From contig CACMFN010000004.1 of the NCBI GenBank assembly GCA_902612965.1, positions 90,355-154,354 on the forward strand: 64,000 bases of DNA. The letters run 5' to 3'. Positions within the stretch are counted from its first letter, which is position 1, and the number at the start of each line of letters is the position of its first letter. Shown piece after piece: positions 9,275-18,792 of the stretch. Source of the DNA: an uncultured SAR116 cluster alpha proteobacterium (GTDB lineage Bacteria; Pseudomonadota; Alphaproteobacteria; Puniceispirillales; GCA-002684695). Both the position numbers and the translations under genes were made by a program. The notes beneath the pieces were generated by a model. The model was not told where the DNA came from. It did not search any database and was given only the letters and a program-made list of their open reading frames with translations.

Positions 9275-12089
9275 TAATTACATAGGAAATTCTTTCTGCA
9301 GATGTTGAATAAGGAAAACTCAAGCCATAAGTTGGTAAAACCTTAAGTTTTGAATAAGTTGACGGATCAACATCGTTTGTAATGTCTAGTAAATATATTA
9401 AAAGCAATCCTTTTTCAGCTGGTCTACAAAATCTGATCTGGTCTCTTGTAAGATCTTTAAACTTTAAATTATTTTTAAATTCTACTGGTTGCTGAATATT
9501 ATTATCCTCAGCTTCCATAATTCTCATTTTCGCTAATTCAAAATCATTTTCTGTTATATCATATTTCTTTTCATCAATTTTACTTACTAATGCTTTATTG
9601 CTAGTAGTAATCTGGTTACCAACCTCTTTGGTAAGTTTTCTGGAAAGAGGGTATATTTTTCTATTTGAAATATCTATAGGGTCAAGTTTTTTTGAATTAT
9701 TTGAAAACAGAACAACAGTCCAATCTTTTAATTCATCATGTCTTGAATGCATCTTTTTAATATATTTTAAACTAAGATCAATATTGTTATTTACAGAGAT
9801 ATCTAAATATTTAAACTTTTTAAGAAAATCAGTGACTTTTTTGGTGGGTATATTTTTATAAACATAGTCATTACCCATTATTGTTTCTGAGAAACCGCTT
9901 TTCAGATCATCAGCAAATTTTGATATTAATTCCAAATTTTGTAAATGTTCCACTATACCCTTTTTGGAAATATCGAATGTAGTAAGTTGACTTAATTCCA
10001 TACTTTGTGAAACTTTCACACTTTTGGAATGTCTTTGTTTGTTTAAAGCTGTAACAATTAAATTTCCCGGATGGCTTCTTATTCGTTGTGTATAGTCTTT
10101 TGGGGTTAAACCTCTAAGATTCATTGTTTCCATTCTATCACGCATTTCTTCATAGGCATAAGCAATATGCCCATAGTAGGAAAACAATCTACCAGTTGTA
10201 TAAATTTTACAAATATCTGCATATTTATCTCGATATCCAAACCATCTGCCCATTTGCATTAAAGTATCATACATTTTTGAGGTTCTAAGGAAATAGCTTA
10301 CCATCAATCCAGGAAGAGTTAAGCCTCTTGATAATTTCTCACCACCAATTCTTATAGAGTTTAAACCATTTGGATAGCTCTCTTCATTAATAGTATCTTT
10401 TACAGTACCATTGATCTCAAAAACATGGTTTTTTAGAGATAATATTGCATCTTCTAATTCATCTTTAATATCACCCCACTCAAATTCTAATGCTGGGATG
10501 TTATTTTTAAATTCTCTTGCAAAAATAACTTCAATTTGTTCATAAATAGGGTTTTCAATATCGTAATCTGACCGCATTACAATATCATATAAATCATTTA
10601 TATAGTTACTAACAAATTCACAAATTTGTTTTTGGACGTCAGTAAAACGAGTTACGTGAATTAACATAGTTTTATGTTCAGTTTTATCATTTCTGAGGTT
10701 TCTTATCGCAATCCCAATTATGAAAGCCAAAATTGAATCTGTTACTGAAGTAGGCAATTCTGTAATTTGATGATCTCTTTTATGTCCATCAGGCATAAAA
10801 TCTTCCCAATCACTTTTTTTGTTGTCTTCGTTCTCATCATCATCAATTAGATAAGGAGTATCATCTAAATTTATATGCCAGTCATAAACTTCTTCTTTAT
10901 CCGTACTATCATCATCATTGGTTTGATTTTTTAGACCAAAGACATGTTTAGGACCAATGTAGTTTGATGGGCGACCCAATGTCATTATAAAATTTCTAGG
11001 AAATAAATCGTTTTTGTCTGCAGTATCAGACGAACTGTCAATCAGTATATTAGCAAATGGGGTAGCTGTATAACCTACATAGGCACTTTTTTCAAAGTAG
11101 TTTAAAATTTTAACAATTTGACCATTAATCTTTGAAGCTTTATCATTTATGGCTGCAGTATTTATTGAAGCATTATCCGCTTCATCATCAATTAAAAGCA
11201 AAGGAATATTTTTAACTAACGCACCAGGTGCTGGTCCTTCCTTGCCCTCTTCATCTAACTTGGTGGGTTGTGCGAATGATTCAACCAAACTTAAAACATT
11301 TGATAAAATACTCTGATTTTTTTTAAATACACCTATAAAGTTATTTAAATTATTTCGGTTTCGATTATTAAAACTATAATCACCTTTTTCCATTCTAGTT
11401 GTGGCCAACTGGAAATCAGGTATTTCATAGCCAGGCAATTTCCCAACACCACATCTCAAACTTGTATAAGATTGGTTATCAATATTTATACCTGTATTTC
11501 TTCCGGTAATACCCTCTTCAACTCTTTGCTGAGTTTGACCACGCAGATTATTATGCATACCTGATAAAATAAAAACAGCTTTGTAACCGGCATCTAAAGC
11601 TCTATTTGCTAAAGCTATATAATGTGTTGTTTTCCCTGATTGAACATCTCCTACTACTAACCCTCTATTATCCCATCTACCATCACGCTCCGGATCTTCT
11701 AAATTTGATAAAACTCTATCTGTTGATTTATCAATCTCATTTATTTGGTCTGATGATAACTGATTTGACAGTAACTTTTTGATAGCTTTCCATCTAGGTT
11801 TGTCTCGAAGTTGTTTTCTTTTCTCTCCCAGCCATTCAATATGCTGGTATGGTGCTGATATAATAATGCTTTCTGTTGTCTCTACTGAAAGTGTAGAATG
11901 TAATCTTTGAATAATAATATCAGGATTAATTTCGTAATTATTGTCACTATTAAGAGCTTTAAATGTATCAATAATTGTATTAACGACCTTAGAAATGGTT
12001 TTTTCATCTGGCACAGGACTTATCGGCTGAAGTAATCCCATGCACTGTTCAAAAATATTATTTTCTACATCTTTTTGTTTAAATTTCAT
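9234..12089 (-). CDS. Z1 domain protein (P-loop helicase-like N-terminal half plus Z1 domain)
   Basis: Walker A GDVQSGKTTHY, DEAD-like LLLIDDEADNASINT, GYTATPFAN, and the Z1 signature RGLTLPGLMVSYFLRTSKMYDTLMQMGRWFGYR. Confidence 0.85.
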   Translation of the reverse strand: MKFKQKDVENNIFEQCMGLLQPISPVPDEKTISKVVNTIIDTFKALNSDNNYEINPDIIIQRLHSTLSVETTESIIISAPYQHIEWLGEKRKQLRDKPRWKAIKKLLSNQLSSDQINEIDKSTDRVLSNLEDPERDGRWDNRGLVVGDVQSGKTTHYIALANRALDAGYKAVFILSGMHNNLRGQTQQRVEEGITGRNTGINIDNQSYTSLRCGVGKLPGYEIPDFQLATTRMEKGDYSFNNRNRNNLNNFIGVFKKNQSILSNVLSLVESFAQPTKLDEEGKEGPAPGALVKNIPLLLIDDEADNASINTAAINDKASKINGQIVKILNYFEKSAYVGYTATPFANILIDSSSDTADKNDLFPRNFIMTLGRPSNYIGPKHVFGLKNQTNDDDSTDKEEVYDWHINLDDTPYLIDDDENEDNKKSDWEDFMPDGHKRDHQITELPTSVTDSILAFIIGIAIRNLRNDKTEHKTMLIHVTRFTDVQKQICEFVSNYINDLYDIVMRSDYDIENPIYEQIEVIFAREFKNNIPALEFEWGDIKDELEDAILSLKNHVFEINGTVKDTINEESYPNGLNSIRIGGEKLSRGLTLPGLMVSYFLRTSKMYDTLMQMGRWFGYRDKYADICKIYTTGRLFSYYGHIAYAYEEMRDRMETMNLRGLTPKDYTQRIRSHPGNLIVTALNKQRHSKSVKVSQSMELSQLTTFDISKKGIVEHLQNLELISKFADDLKSGFSETIMGNDYVYKNIPTKKVTDFLKKFKYLDISVNNNIDLSLKYIKKMHSRHDELKDWTVVLFSNNSKKLDPIDISNRKIYPLSRKLTKEVGNQITTSNKALVSKIDEKKYDITENDFELAKMRIMEAEDNNIQQPVEFKNNLKFKDLTRDQIRFCRPAEKGLLLIYLLDITNDVDPSTYSKLKVLPTYGLSFPYSTSAERISYVINEVDNIEEFEDEE

Positions 12090-12100
12090 TTTATAGCCTT

Positions 12101-13528
12101 TTAATTTTCCCTGAGCACAACAAAAGGTTCCTGAGAGTATATTTTGTCAGTTGCCTCTTTTCTTGTTTTCCCCTGATCAATAAGATAATTGATTAAGATT
12201 TCTGCTAATTTTTTTTTCTGTGCATCTTCAAAATCCTCTACATGTATGCCGGTTGTAGATTGTTTAATTTGAATGCTTTCGGTTGGAATAGAGCTTTCAA
12301 TTAATTTTATAAGACTATTCATATCTGTTGTTGTGATGCTGTATCTTGTTTTAATTAATTTTATAAATTCATGCTCTTTATTTATTTTATAAACAGTTTT
12401 GCCATCATTCTTTATCATTTCATTCCATACAAAGCTTTTAGGTGCTGCTATAGATCGTGATTCTGATTGGTTCCTTTGTCTATAGACTTTTTCTGCAGCA
12501 GTCCTTGTATGCTTTGCTATTTTCTGAATGAGATTTCTAATATCTCCTGCTGGGACTAAAACTCTGGATTTTTTTAAATCAACCTGCCATTCTTTGTCAC
12601 TTTCAATATTTATATCAATTAAAATTCTTGCTAATTTAGTATGCTCGTCATTCTTTAATTTTAAATCTAACCATCCACCGTTTACTATAAGTCTATTCCC
12701 TCTATAAACATAAATGCCTTGTTGAGCATTCCAGCCATTTATGCCTCCAGCTTCTCTAAATTTATCTGGGTTTTGATAAAATGAATGGTGAGGCATTGTG
12801 TAAGGTCTAATATCAATATTATTAAGTTTTTGAAGTCCTAGAAAATTACCATTTTCAACTGGGTTCCATGGCTTAGTGGTATGTTTCATAACTTTAATAT
12901 TAATTTTTCTTAAGTTATTTGACAAAAAACGTGAAAACACACTTCCTAAATATACATTTAAATTTGAAGCCAAGTTGTAGAGTTGTGTATCTGTTGAAGC
13001 ATAATTTAATAAACGATCACATTTTTTCCAAACAATTAAAGTGCCATTTACTTTTGGTTTTAATGCTTCAGGGAAACTATCATACCAATCAGGAATTTTT
13101 TTCCCCACCAACCATTTGTTTTCTGATGCTACTATATCTAGGTCCCACTGTCTAAAACTAAGACCATTTTTTATAGTAAAAACATTTAATTGTCTTGCCA
13201 TTGAGAAAGTGCCAAGTTTAAAACCACAACCAAATCTACCTAAATCATCGTTTGAACGTGCATCGTCTGGACTTTTAGATCCTATCAGCATGTTTTGTGA
13301 GAGTTCTGTTTCGGTCATACCACAGCCATCATCAAGTATCGCTACCCAAGGGTCACCTTTATTCCACTCAAGGTGAACAGTTATATTCTTACTATTTGCT
13401 GACACTGAATTATCAATAAGATCAGCCATGGCTGTATTGAAAGTATAACCACTACTCCGAAGAGACTCAAAAAGAGAATAAGATGGTGGAGCTTCTTCAA
13501 AATCAGGATTTATAAAACTAATTGTCAT
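12101..13528 (-). CDS. GHKL-superfamily (MutL/MORC-like, HATPase_c_3-type) ATPase
   Basis: N-box MADLIDNSVSA, G1 box ILDDGCGMT, G2 box GRFGCGFKLG. Confidence 0.85.
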   Translation of the reverse strand: MTISFINPDFEEAPPSYSLFESLRSSGYTFNTAMADLIDNSVSANSKNITVHLEWNKGDPWVAILDDGCGMTETELSQNMLIGSKSPDDARSNDDLGRFGCGFKLGTFSMARQLNVFTIKNGLSFRQWDLDIVASENKWLVGKKIPDWYDSFPEALKPKVNGTLIVWKKCDRLLNYASTDTQLYNLASNLNVYLGSVFSRFLSNNLRKINIKVMKHTTKPWNPVENGNFLGLQKLNNIDIRPYTMPHHSFYQNPDKFREAGGINGWNAQQGIYVYRGNRLIVNGGWLDLKLKNDEHTKLARILIDINIESDKEWQVDLKKSRVLVPAGDIRNLIQKIAKHTRTAAEKVYRQRNQSESRSIAAPKSFVWNEMIKNDGKTVYKINKEHEFIKLIKTRYSITTTDMNSLIKLIESSIPTESIQIKQSTTGIHVEDFEDAQKKKLAEILINYLIDQGKTRKEATDKIYSQEPFVVLREN

Positions 13529-13535
13529 ATTTTAT

Positions 13536-14732
13536 CTATTTAAAACCATTATTATCTGCAAAATCTATTTCCTCAAGACTTGGAAGTCCTTCTATTTCAA
13601 CTATTCTTTTACCTGAAATATTCTGTATTTCTTCGACAATATTAGCTGTGGATAAAATTACCTGCTCAATTAATTTGTCTTTAGCCTTATAAGACCTCTG
13701 CATAGCTATTAATTCTTTAAAGTTTCTTTCTCTCAACTCTGAAATTGTTCCAACCAATTGTCTTACAGAATTTCGAAATTGATTACTAATTAGGTATTTA
13801 TAAATAAGCTGAGATTTTTGTTTCCTGTTTATTTCAGAGGATAAAATTTTTGATTTTTCTATCAAACCATTTTTAAGTAACTTTGAAATTAGTTTAACTT
13901 CATGAAATCCACATACCCATATACCATCAACTATGTCAGCTTGATTTATTCCTTTAGGCATTGTTTCAGTTACAATAACACCAATGTCAGCATTTATATT
14001 TACTATATCTTGATGTAATTTTTTTATCCAGTTCATTGAAAATTCTTTTGTTCTTTTTATTTCAAAATAAATACTACCAACTTCCTGAAAATTTCTTGAT
14101 AAAATTGATAATAAACAATCTGCTCCCGGTCTTCCCTGTTTTACAGGTTTAATCTTATCAGTAGGGAAAAGATCTTTAAGTAACTTTTCAATATGAAATT
14201 CACCAGTTTCACCTTGGATCTGAATTGAGCCTTGCTGAATTTTTTTATTGATTCTTATTATATCATTTTTCAAAGTTGAAATCTGATAATCTCGCTCATC
14301 AATTTCAATCTGCATTGCAGTTTCTTTCTTGTTATTATTTTCTTTTACAGCTTTTAATACAGCACTTTTAATATCAATATTCCTGTCACGCTTGATTTGG
14401 TCAGCATCTTTTTCAATTTTTGATTTTTCCATCTCAAGATTTTTATTCCTTGTTATGAGTTCTTTTTTTTCTTCAATTTCTTTTTCATATTTTTCTGAAA
14501 TCATCTCAATATGTGTTTTTAATTTTTTTTCTGAAGTCATTTCGGCTTCTTTTTTAGCCTTTTTTTGCTCGTCTAAACGAACTTTCTCTATTTCATTTAG
14601 CTTTTTTTCTTCCCATTCAATCTCAATTTTTTTTAATATTTCTTTTTCTATGCTCTGCTTAACAACATCTTCAAGCTCAACTGGCATGGTGCAATGTGGA
14701 CAATAAAAATTTTGAATGTTTCGTTCTGTCAT
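13536..14732 (-). CDS. DUF2130-like protein (N-terminal zinc ribbon, long Lys/Glu coiled coil, C-terminal nuclease-like domain)
   Basis: The CPHCTMPVE start, an approximately 150-aa KE-rich coil and the overall length fit my memory of DUF2130. The family assignment has not been verified. Confidence 0.6.
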   Translation of the reverse strand: MTERNIQNFYCPHCTMPVELEDVVKQSIEKEILKKIEIEWEEKKLNEIEKVRLDEQKKAKKEAEMTSEKKLKTHIEMISEKYEKEIEEKKELITRNKNLEMEKSKIEKDADQIKRDRNIDIKSAVLKAVKENNNKKETAMQIEIDERDYQISTLKNDIIRINKKIQQGSIQIQGETGEFHIEKLLKDLFPTDKIKPVKQGRPGADCLLSILSRNFQEVGSIYFEIKRTKEFSMNWIKKLHQDIVNINADIGVIVTETMPKGINQADIVDGIWVCGFHEVKLISKLLKNGLIEKSKILSSEINRKQKSQLIYKYLISNQFRNSVRQLVGTISELRERNFKELIAMQRSYKAKDKLIEQVILSTANIVEEIQNISGKRIVEIEGLPSLEEIDFADNNGFK

Positions 14733-14740
14733 ATTATAAT

Positions 14741-15052
14741 TTAATGAATAGTTTTTTTAGGTTTTATATTATTAATTAATTTAATTTGATCTTTATCATC
14801 TTCTTGATTATTTGCATCCTCAGCCTTTGGATGATAGTACGCAAGTTGAGCGCCTAAGAAATTTGCCATTACAGTATTATGATCGTTACAAGTCTGATAG
14901 CTCATATCAAGACCAATATAAAAAAGGGTATATGCAATTAACCCTGGGTCATTTGTTTCTTTAAGTAATTTTTTAACAAGATCATTTATAGAGTCATAAG
15001 TTTCTGCAGCCTCTCTTTCCTCTATATCTGTCCTATTTAAAAGTTGCTTCAT
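14741..15052 (-). CDS. Hypothetical small protein; first gene of the minus-strand cassette
   Basis: The ORF track gives 14741..15109. I prefer the internal ATG at 15052 (MKQLLNRTDIEE...), which is preceded by GAGGTG. No motif recognised. Confidence 0.4.
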   Translation of the reverse strand: MKQLLNRTDIEEREAAETYDSINDLVKKLLKETNDPGLIAYTLFYIGLDMSYQTCNDHNTVMANFLGAQLAYYHPKAEDANNQEDDKDQIKLINNIKPKKTIH

Positions 15053-15191
15053 GTACACCTCAAATTCAATGATTCGGTGCATAGAAACATAAAATGAAAA
15101 AAAATACAATAAAAAAATTTGATTATTTTTTAATAATTTTTTAAACTACTGTTTTTATTATAAAAAAAATTAATAAATTTTAATTTTAATG

Positions 15192-15220
15192 TTGACTTTT
15201 TTAATTTACGGCATTAAATT
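15192..15220 (+). promoter_or_regulatory. Putative sigma70-type promoter of the regulator/ATPase operon
   Basis: TTGACT (15192-15197), 17 nt, then TAAATT (15215-15220), about 40 nt upstream of ATG 15263. It shares the ATGTTGAC context with the promoter at 686. Confidence 0.35.
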
Positions 15221-15262
15221 ACTTAAATCCTAGCATGTAAAATTTAAATTTAAGAAATAAAT

Positions 15263-16750
15263 ATGACTGAGCAAACAAACATAAAAGAAACTTCGTTAGA
15301 TAAATCAAATAGGACTGTACCAAAAGTATTGTTTTCATGGATTGGTACTCAAGATTATCTAGCCTTAGATACAAAAAGCCATGGGCCTATATTCTCGTCA
15401 ATAAAATATCATGAATTTGAAGAAGTGATTTTACTACATGATAAAAATATAAATAATGAGAAATATGTTTCCTGGCTAAAAATGAATTCATCTGTAAAAG
15501 TGAGTTCATTTAAAGTTGATTTGAAAGACCCAACAGACTTTGAGGTAATTTACAAAAGCTGTAAAAAAGTTATCTCCTCATATAATGAAAATAATAATGA
15601 TTTGAGTGATTTTTATTTTTTAGTTAGTGCTGGAACATGGGCAATGGCCAGTGTCTGGATTATTATTAGTCAGAAAGATTTTCCTGCGACATTGCTAAAG
15701 GCGGATAGAATTTCTGATTCTATTATGGAAGTTAAAATTCCATTTGAAGTTTCTGTTCACTGGCATGAAGAGAAAGCAAAGGAGAATGACGAAGTTATTA
15801 CAGCAATGCGTGATAATTTTATAAAGTTTTCACAAAATGGTTTCCTCTGGAAAAGTGAATCCATGCTCAGGCTTTTAAAAACATCAATGAAAATAGCATC
15901 CAGAGAACTATCTGTTTTTATTGAAGGTGAGCCAGGGACAGAAAAAGAGGTATTAGCTAGAATTTTACATGAGGGAAGTGCAAGATCAAAAAATAGTTTT
16001 ATTAAATTAGATTGTAATTTATCACCAGATAAAGAAATAGAAGAGTTTTTGATAGGTTTAAATAAAAATGAAAGTCATAGTCATGGGACTGTTTACATAA
16101 ATGCAATTGAAAAATTGTCTCTAAGAAACCAAGGTATTTTATATTCATTAATAAAAGATTTTGAAAAAAATTCAGGAATAAAAAACCCCAGAATATTAAC
16201 GTCATCAAATATAACAGTTGGCCAATTATTCCATTTAGAAAGTTTTGATAATAGTCTATTACATTCAATTTCAATGATGATTTTAAAAATTCCTGCATTA
16301 AGACATAGAAAAATAGATTTAAATGAATATCTTGATCAAAGTATTTCTTTCGCATGTAGCGAAATTTTTGGAGAAAAATCAGGTATCAAAAAAACATTAT
16401 CACCTGCTGCTAAGAATTTTTTATTAAACTATAATTGGAAAGGCAACATGGATGAGTTGTACAGTGCAATGACAAGAATGGTCATTTTATCTGAAAGCAA
16501 TCTTGTAAATGAAAGCGATGCCCTAAGTTCGGTGTTCATGAACCATGATCAGGATAAAGACCAAAAAAAGATTTTAAACCGCTCACTCGAAAATGGAATA
16601 AATTTAAATTCACTTTTTTCGGAAGTGGCGCAGCATTATATTCCACGTGCACTTGATATATCAAATGGGAACAAAAAGAAAGCAGCAGATATTTTGGGAC
16701 TGCAAAGTCAACAAACTCTTGCAAACTGGATTGATAGGTATTTAAAATAA
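15263..16750 (+). CDS. RtcR-like regulator: N-terminal CARF-like domain, degenerate sigma54-activator AAA+ domain, C-terminal Fis-type HTH
   Basis: The N-terminus (VLFSWIGTQDY...EEVILLHD...DPTDFEVIY...FLVSAGTWAMASVW) parallels the RtcR N-domain (FGFVGTxLDY...LLHD...NPWDFEEVY...TTGTH). The AAA+ remnants are GEPGTEKEVLARILH, GTVYINAIEKLS and NWKGNMDEL. The HTH is GNKKKAADILGLQSQQTLANWIDRY. Confidence 0.75.
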   Translation: MTEQTNIKETSLDKSNRTVPKVLFSWIGTQDYLALDTKSHGPIFSSIKYHEFEEVILLHDKNINNEKYVSWLKMNSSVKVSSFKVDLKDPTDFEVIYKSCKKVISSYNENNNDLSDFYFLVSAGTWAMASVWIIISQKDFPATLLKADRISDSIMEVKIPFEVSVHWHEEKAKENDEVITAMRDNFIKFSQNGFLWKSESMLRLLKTSMKIASRELSVFIEGEPGTEKEVLARILHEGSARSKNSFIKLDCNLSPDKEIEEFLIGLNKNESHSHGTVYINAIEKLSLRNQGILYSLIKDFEKNSGIKNPRILTSSNITVGQLFHLESFDNSLLHSISMMILKIPALRHRKIDLNEYLDQSISFACSEIFGEKSGIKKTLSPAAKNFLLNYNWKGNMDELYSAMTRMVILSESNLVNESDALSSVFMNHDQDKDQKKILNRSLENGINLNSLFSEVAQHYIPRALDISNGNKKKAADILGLQSQQTLANWIDRYLK

Positions 16751-16784
16751 TAAATGCACTATTTCACTATTCATGGAATAAAGG

Positions 16785-18788
16785 ATGTCTAATACTCAAG
16801 AAAAAGTGAATATACTAAAAGCAATAAAAAGTTTCACATTGTCAAACTTCAGGTCTTGGGAAGGTGAAAATAAATTTGAATTTAAAAATTTAAACCTTTT
16901 GTTTGGTAAAAATAGCTCAGGAAAATCATCTATAATTGATGCACTTTCACTATTATCTCAAAGTTCATATTTAAAATTCCATGGTAATAGAAATATAAAA
17001 ACAAATTTGTCTTTGGGAAATCTTGTTATAAATGGTCATTTAGCTGAACTTGGTGATTTGGAAGATCTTGTATTTAAAAAAAGAACTGATCCTAGAGAAG
17101 AGAGATGGCATTTAAAGAATTTTGAGAATTCTTCAATAGCATATTATAAGGATTTATTTTTTGAATTTAAATTAGATCCAAAACTTATTTTCAATCAATT
17201 AAAAAAAGATCCTATGTTAAAATTAGTAAAGTATGTTTATATCAAATATACATTTAGCGATATAACTGGAAATCTTGTTAGAAGATCCTTTTTTATTGAA
17301 GATTACAACAAAAAAAGAACATTGCTTTTAGACCTATGGAGACCTAAGAAAACTCAAGTATGGGCTTTTAATATATCTAATGATTATTCTTTGTGGAAAC
17401 AAATTTGGGATATAGAGACATCTGAAGGAATAGACTTTGTTCGATTTTTAAATAGGGAGGGAGATAAATATGCAGCTCTAGAAATGGACAATTTAAAGGA
17501 AAACAATCAAAAGCAAAACTTGCTTAGTATTAGAAGTCTAGAAGCTGAAACTGAAAGACAAGAGCTTTTATTAGAAAAAGAGAAATTACAATTAGAACTT
17601 TCAATTTTGAGACAGAGAGATCAAAAACTGAGTTTTCAATTTAATAAAACTGATGAAACTTTAAAGGAGATGCAATTAACAGGTAAGTCTAGTATTAAAT
17701 TCGCTAAAGAAAAAGAAATACTGCTAAATGAGATTTATAAAAACAAGAATGAAGAGGACAGTCTTTTAAAGCAAATAGATGATTTATTACGTGACATAAA
17801 AGATAGAGAAAATATTCTTGAATTGACCAATTATAGCACCAAGAATGAACCCGAAAAAGTCTTGTTTTTTGAACAAATTGAAAAATTTTCTTCCTATAAT
17901 TCCAACCATACAAAAAATAAAAATTTGTTAAGTGCCAATATCGAGAGTTTTGGTGAAACATGGGTACATGATTCAATTTCTAAAATGAGGCATTTTATAA
18001 GAAACAACTACAAAGATGATGCTTATTATCAACAAAGATTAGATCCATTCGATATGGCAGGAGAATGTGAAGAAGTACTTCTTAATTTTTTGCAATCAAT
18101 TGTTCGAATTGGACCGCATAGAAAAAGACCACAAAGAACAATGACTGCATCAAGGAGACATAATGTTGATAAGTTTAATATAGGTGTGGATGGTTCGGAT
18201 TTATACCCTTTGCTAAGTGATAAAAAAATATTATCAGGTTTAAATTCTTCTTTAGAAAAGGTTGAGATACCTTATACAATATCAACTAAGAGGCATAGAG
18301 GAGGGCGATGGTCTCTTATACTAAAAAATAAAACAGATGTCAGAGTAGATATAAATGATGTTGGTTATGGTATTAGCCAGGTGCTCCCTTTAATTTTACA
18401 ATCTTTTCAAAAAAATAAGTTAATTCTTATTGAGCAGCCAGAGTTACATTTACATCCAAAACTCCAAGCAAATCTTGCAGATATATTTATTAGTTCATCT
18501 AAAGATAATGGGAATTCATTTATCATTGAAACTCACTCTGAACATATTGTACTGAGACTTCAGAGGAGGTGTAGAGAACAAGTTAAAAGTGAAAATGTAG
18601 GCTTACATTCCAAGGATAGTTTAGCAGACATGATTAACATAAATGTTATTACCCAAGATAATCAGAGGCTAAATTCAAAAAATAAAAAAATGGAAATTTC
18701 CAAAAAAGGTGAATTTATGAATGTATGGCCAGAAGGTTTTTTTGAGGAAAGATTTATTGAGCTAGGCATTATTGACGAGGGTGACTAA
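16785..18788 (+). CDS. ABC/AAA_21-type ATPase with inserted coiled coil and DUF3696-like C-terminus
   Basis: Walker A FGKNSSGKSSIIDAL (aa 40-54). A coiled coil spans about aa 235-345 (LLSIRSLEAETERQELLLEKEKLQLELSILRQRDQK...). Further motifs are GYGISQVLPLIL, Walker B/D-loop LILIEQPELHLHPKLQ and H-loop IIETHSEHIVLRLQRR. The tail motif is WPEGFFEE. Confidence 0.8.
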   Translation: MSNTQEKVNILKAIKSFTLSNFRSWEGENKFEFKNLNLLFGKNSSGKSSIIDALSLLSQSSYLKFHGNRNIKTNLSLGNLVINGHLAELGDLEDLVFKKRTDPREERWHLKNFENSSIAYYKDLFFEFKLDPKLIFNQLKKDPMLKLVKYVYIKYTFSDITGNLVRRSFFIEDYNKKRTLLLDLWRPKKTQVWAFNISNDYSLWKQIWDIETSEGIDFVRFLNREGDKYAALEMDNLKENNQKQNLLSIRSLEAETERQELLLEKEKLQLELSILRQRDQKLSFQFNKTDETLKEMQLTGKSSIKFAKEKEILLNEIYKNKNEEDSLLKQIDDLLRDIKDRENILELTNYSTKNEPEKVLFFEQIEKFSSYNSNHTKNKNLLSANIESFGETWVHDSISKMRHFIRNNYKDDAYYQQRLDPFDMAGECEEVLLNFLQSIVRIGPHRKRPQRTMTASRRHNVDKFNIGVDGSDLYPLLSDKKILSGLNSSLEKVEIPYTISTKRHRGGRWSLILKNKTDVRVDINDVGYGISQVLPLILQSFQKNKLILIEQPELHLHPKLQANLADIFISSSKDNGNSFIIETHSEHIVLRLQRRCREQVKSENVGLHSKDSLADMININVITQDNQRLNSKNKKMEISKKGEFMNVWPEGFFEERFIELGIIDEGD

Positions 18789-18792
18789 ATAA

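Noticed and set aside
14329-14706. 125-aa plus-strand ORF inside the DUF2130-like gene, together with similar nested or antisense ORFs (for example 910..1122, 6761..7267, 13041..13376, 30363..31430, 41881..42186, 49919..50323 and 59677..60013)
   Set aside because: They are Ser/Phe/Ile-rich translations of the antisense strand of Lys/Glu-rich or otherwise well-supported genes. They carry no motifs and have no independent start context.
15110-15262. AAAATTAA-N6-TTAATTTT inverted repeat in the divergent promoter region between the Mza-like cassette and the regulator gene
   Set aside because: Such A/T-only palindromes are expected by chance at this base composition. This one cannot be distinguished from background without comparative data.
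16751-16784. Search for a sigma54 -24/-12 element (TGGCAC-N5-TTGC) between the bEBP-like regulator and the ATPase gene
   Set aside because: No GG-N10-GC arrangement resembling the consensus is visible here or in 15110-15262. This is consistent with the missing GAFTGA loop, so no sigma54 promoter is annotated.
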